A DNA stretch of 56,259 bases from Pirellulales bacterium (GTDB taxonomy: Bacteria > Planctomycetota > Planctomycetia > Pirellulales > JAIMBC01), in contig JAIMBC010000003.1 of the NCBI GenBank assembly GCA_023511675.1, positions 1 to 56,259 of the forward strand. Direction: 5' to 3'. Under the pieces are notes generated by a model, which ran no database searches, had not been told where the DNA came from, and was given only the letters and a program-made list of their open reading frames with translations. Position numbers and translations under genes: made by a program. Each line of letters opens with the position of its first letter. Position 1 is the first letter of the stretch. Below, piece after piece: positions 53,527-56,259 of this stretch.

Positions 53527-55050
53527 TCACGGCCCGGACCCCGGGCCTGGCAGCAGGTCCAAGACAAGATGGTCGTGTGGTTCGAGGTTCTGTATACCGC
53601 GATCGAGTCGCTCGGCCTCGTCCATGTCTGGCTCGAGCTGCAGGCGAGCGTGCAGGTACACCAGGCGTTCGGCCTGTTCGGCCGAGATCTGCTTGGGAGA
53701 AAGTTGCGCGCGGTGCCGCTGGGCCAGGACGTGTGCCGGGATGGGCTGATCCAGGGCATCGAGCGAGGCCACTGCGTGCTCGACGCGCCATTCTAATCCG
53801 TGTGACGTCCAGCAGAATTCCAGGGAGTTGGCGGGCAGCGTGGGCACGACCACGTGTGCAGGAGAGGCCGGCCGGACGACCAGCCGGTCGGCCATGAGCA
53901 CCAGGCGTTTTAGTTGATGGCCGTTGGCCCAGATCAGGGCCTGCGTGCCGAGCTGGGCCTCCAGGACTACCGTGCCGCTATCCTGCACAGGCTGAGTGAA
54001 TTGCCAGGCGCAATTGCCATCGCCAAACAGAATCGTATCGCGGGGGCGCAGGCGGGCCGGCGCATCCAGCTTGCGGCCATTGATGATCACGGGGCAGAGG
54101 CGATTCTTTTTGTCTCGGCAAGGGTTGAGGTGCCAGCCCGTGGCGTCTCGATAGAGCAGGGCATGGCGGGCGTGCAGTTTACCCAGTATGGGAACCTGCA
54201 CTTCGGGATCGCGGGTGGTACCTACCACCGCCTGGCTTGCACTGAGGACCAACGCCCAGTTGCCGAGCAGCCAGGTCTGGCTGCGGTTTGTGACGGCCAG
54301 GGGAGGCTGCTGGTGCTGGATGCCTGAAGCCGATCTTTGGGAGGCGGCCTGGGCGAGCTGGTTCTCTAGCTCTTGCACCGCGCGGTGCGTGGGATACAGT
54401 TTGCGACATTCTTCCCAGTGGCGGCGTGCCGCAGCGATCTGTTGCTGTTCGAGGGCTGCCCGGCAGTGCTGCACGTGACGTTCGAAGTGTCGCAGGCGGC
54501 GCGTGCATTCCTCGCGCAACTCGGCGGCCTGCGGCGACCGTTCCAGCAGGTCCGCATCGACCTCGCTCGTAGGCACGGCGGCGATGACCTCCAGGGCGGT
54601 GTCGAGCCGGCCCACTGCCAGGTATTCCTGGGCTTTGGTCAGGCGACGGTGGAGACGTTGCTGTGCGTCGCGGTGCTGCTGCTGTGCCTCCGCGATCCGT
54701 TGTTGGATTGCCAGGCCATCCTGGTTGAGTGCGGCACACCGTGCGGCCAGCTCGAGCGTGCGTGCAGCCGCTTCGAGCCGGGGCAGGTCCCAGCGGGCAA
54801 CCGGTTGGGCAGCGTTGGTCTGGGCAGCGTTGGTCTGGGCAGCGTTGGTCTGGGCAGCGTTGGTCTGGGCAGCGGCGAATTCTTCACGGGCGTGCCGTAT
54901 CAGTTTGGCAGAAATCTCGGTCAAGAGCTGTCGCACGCGGCGGTGGCCTTGGTGGGGACAGGCCAGCAGTACGCTCGCGGCCTCGACCAGGTTACCGCGT
55001 TCGAGGGCATCCTGGGCAGCAGTGCATTCCGGAGGATCGAGCCAGCGCAT
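53527..55050 (-). CDS. Helical (TPR-like) N-terminus + degenerate FHA-like domain protein
   Basis: The helical repeat-like N-terminal half is followed by VVGT...VPILGKLHARHALLYRD..GW.L...VIINGRKL....LRPRDTILFG, an FHA strand pattern. Confidence 0.65.
   Translation of the reverse strand: MRWLDPPECTAAQDALERGNLVEAASVLLACPHQGHRRVRQLLTEISAKLIRHAREEFAAAQTNAAQTNAAQTNAAQTNAAQPVARWDLPRLEAAARTLELAARCAALNQDGLAIQQRIAEAQQQHRDAQQRLHRRLTKAQEYLAVGRLDTALEVIAAVPTSEVDADLLERSPQAAELREECTRRLRHFERHVQHCRAALEQQQIAAARRHWEECRKLYPTHRAVQELENQLAQAASQRSASGIQHQQPPLAVTNRSQTWLLGNWALVLSASQAVVGTTRDPEVQVPILGKLHARHALLYRDATGWHLNPCRDKKNRLCPVIINGRKLDAPARLRPRDTILFGDGNCAWQFTQPVQDSGTVVLEAQLGTQALIWANGHQLKRLVLMADRLVVRPASPAHVVVPTLPANSLEFCWTSHGLEWRVEHAVASLDALDQPIPAHVLAQRHRAQLSPKQISAEQAERLVYLHARLQLEPDMDEAERLDRGIQNLEPHDHLVLDLLPGPGSGP
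54806..54874. repeat. Perfect coding 15-bp tandem repeat TGGGCAGCGTTGGTC x4.6, encoding (AAQTN)4
   Basis: Copies start at 54806, 54821, 54836 and 54851, with a partial copy at 54866-54874. Confidence 0.95.
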
Positions 55051-55451
55051 GGCGAGCGAGGCAGCGGGTGGGTTCTGGGATTGTTAGGTGCGGGGGACAC
55101 ATCCAGCACAGTCCCCATTGTATAGGGCGAAGCAGCAGGGCGGATCTTGCGGTGGTGGAGAAAAAACTGTCGATCGGGGGCATCTGGCCGCACGGTGGAG
55201 CGTACCAGGGCCGCCGCGTATGGCGGCGACAGCGGAGGATGGTTGGAGCGTGGCAGGGCACAGGGCGACCACGATTCTCAGGTTCAGTCCTGGCGGCGCG
55301 GCGTACGAGGGTGGCGGGGCACAGGGAGCACCAGCCCTACGCCACCCGGCGCGCCACCGCGGCGTTCGAGAGCGCCGTGGCACAGGGGCGCTGGAGGCAG
55401 CGGGCATGTTGCCCTGGCCTAAAGCCAGTGCGGGCTTTGGCCGGCGGGCGG

Positions 55452-56259
55452 TTATAGAGCAGAGGATGCGGCGGCCTCGGCGGGTTCGACCCGTTCGAAG
55501 GTGAACTCGCCGTGCTGGCAGTCGACGCGAATACCGCTGCCAGGGGGGAACTGGCCGCGCAGCAGCTCGCTTGCCAGGGGGTTCTGGATGCGTTGCTGGA
55601 TGACCCGCTTCAGCGGCCGAGCGCCAAAGGTGGGATCGTAGCCGGTGCGGGCGATTTCGTCGAGCGCTTCCGGCGTGACCTCGAGTGTGATGTCCTGGGC
55701 CGCGAGTTGCTTCTTGAGGCGCTCGATTTGCAGCTCGACGATGCGCCGGAGGTGTTTCTTTTCCAGGGGGTGGAAGATGATCACCTCATCGATGCGGTTG
55801 AGGAACTCGGGAAGGAAGCGTGCCTGGAGCGCCTCCTTGACGGCGGCACGCATCTCGGCCTCGGAGCCGCCTTCGCGGGCAATCTCCTGGATGGCCTGGC
55901 TGCCGAGGTTGGAGGTCATCACCACGATGGTGTTGGTGAAGTCCACGGTGCGGCCGTGGCCGTCGGTAAGGCGGCCGTCGTCGAGCACCTGCAAGAGGAT
56001 GTTGAACACGTCGCGGTGGGCCTTTTCAATTTCGTCCAGCAGCACGACGGAGTAGGGACGGCGCCGCACGGCCTCGGTGAGCTTGCCGCCTTCCTCGTAG
56101 CCGATATATCCGGGCGGCGCGCCGATCAGCCGGCTGACGGTGTGGCGCTCCATGAACTCGCTCATGTCCAGCCGGACCATGGCGTTCTCGTCGTCGAACA
56201 GCACCTCCGCTAGTGCCTTGCACAGCTCGGTCTTGCCCACGCCGGTGGGGCCCAGGAAC
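55452..56259 (-). CDS. clpB: ATP-dependent chaperone ClpB, C-terminal AAA+ (NBD2) part; 5' end outside the window
   Basis: [61 protein letters not shown] and [14 protein letters not shown]. ClpB rather than ClpC is judged from C-terminal style only. Confidence 0.88.
   Translation of the reverse strand, partial: FLGPTGVGKTELCKALAEVLFDDENAMVRLDMSEFMERHTVSRLIGAPPGYIGYEEGGKLTEAVRRRPYSVVLLDEIEKAHRDVFNILLQVLDDGRLTDGHGRTVDFTNTIVVMTSNLGSQAIQEIAREGGSEAEMRAAVKEALQARFLPEFLNRIDEVIIFHPLEKKHLRRIVELQIERLKKQLAAQDITLEVTPEALDEIARTGYDPTFGARPLKRVIQQRIQNPLASELLRGQFPPGSGIRVDCQHGEFTFERVEPAEAAASSAL

Noticed and set aside
1-56259. tRNA, rRNA, integrase or prophage genes
   Set aside because: None recognised by eye. 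A tRNAscan-SE/Infernal run would be needed to exclude small RNAs.

Overview
The window joins two unrelated sequences. Positions 1 to about 2673 are moderate-GC and Bacillota-like (resembling Desulfotomaculum/Pelotomaculum). They carry partial guaA, hpt, a membrane-anchored hypothetical, a YpjD/MazG-like gene and the 5' part of a DUF1015 gene. At about 2670 the sequence switches abruptly, mid-gene on both sides, to high-GC Planctomycetota-like DNA, most likely a contig join or assembly chimera. The planctomycete part carries two DUF1501 genes, DUF4139, a FabF-like ketosynthase lacking its catalytic Cys, a Tat-signal SBP56/methanethiol-oxidase-family protein, a membrane pyrophosphatase with the Na+,H+-PPase signature, a Ser/Thr kinase with a pseudo-receiver, a moaE-moaA-cysteine desulfurase-YkgJ operon, a decayed IS4-like transposase, PP2C and CX5R phosphatases, iscS-iscA, a degenerate FHA protein with a coding VNTR, and partial clpB. 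The most striking feature is an ~18 kb minus-strand cluster of four predicted exported proteins: DUF1549/DUF1553, a PPC/Ig protein with a coiled coil, a cytochrome c-WD40 protein with a coiled coil, and a 2345-aa WD40 protein. Hand-parsing the WD40 blades gives 2+(3x6)+7+(4x6)+5 = 56 in the giant protein and 2+(3x2)+7+(4x2)+5 = 28 in its neighbour. This suggests nested 'out-and-back' stacks of 8 and 4 seven-bladed beta-propellers, possibly parts of an uncharacterised haem-bearing envelope scaffold. All family calls come from motif recognition by eye; no searches were run.
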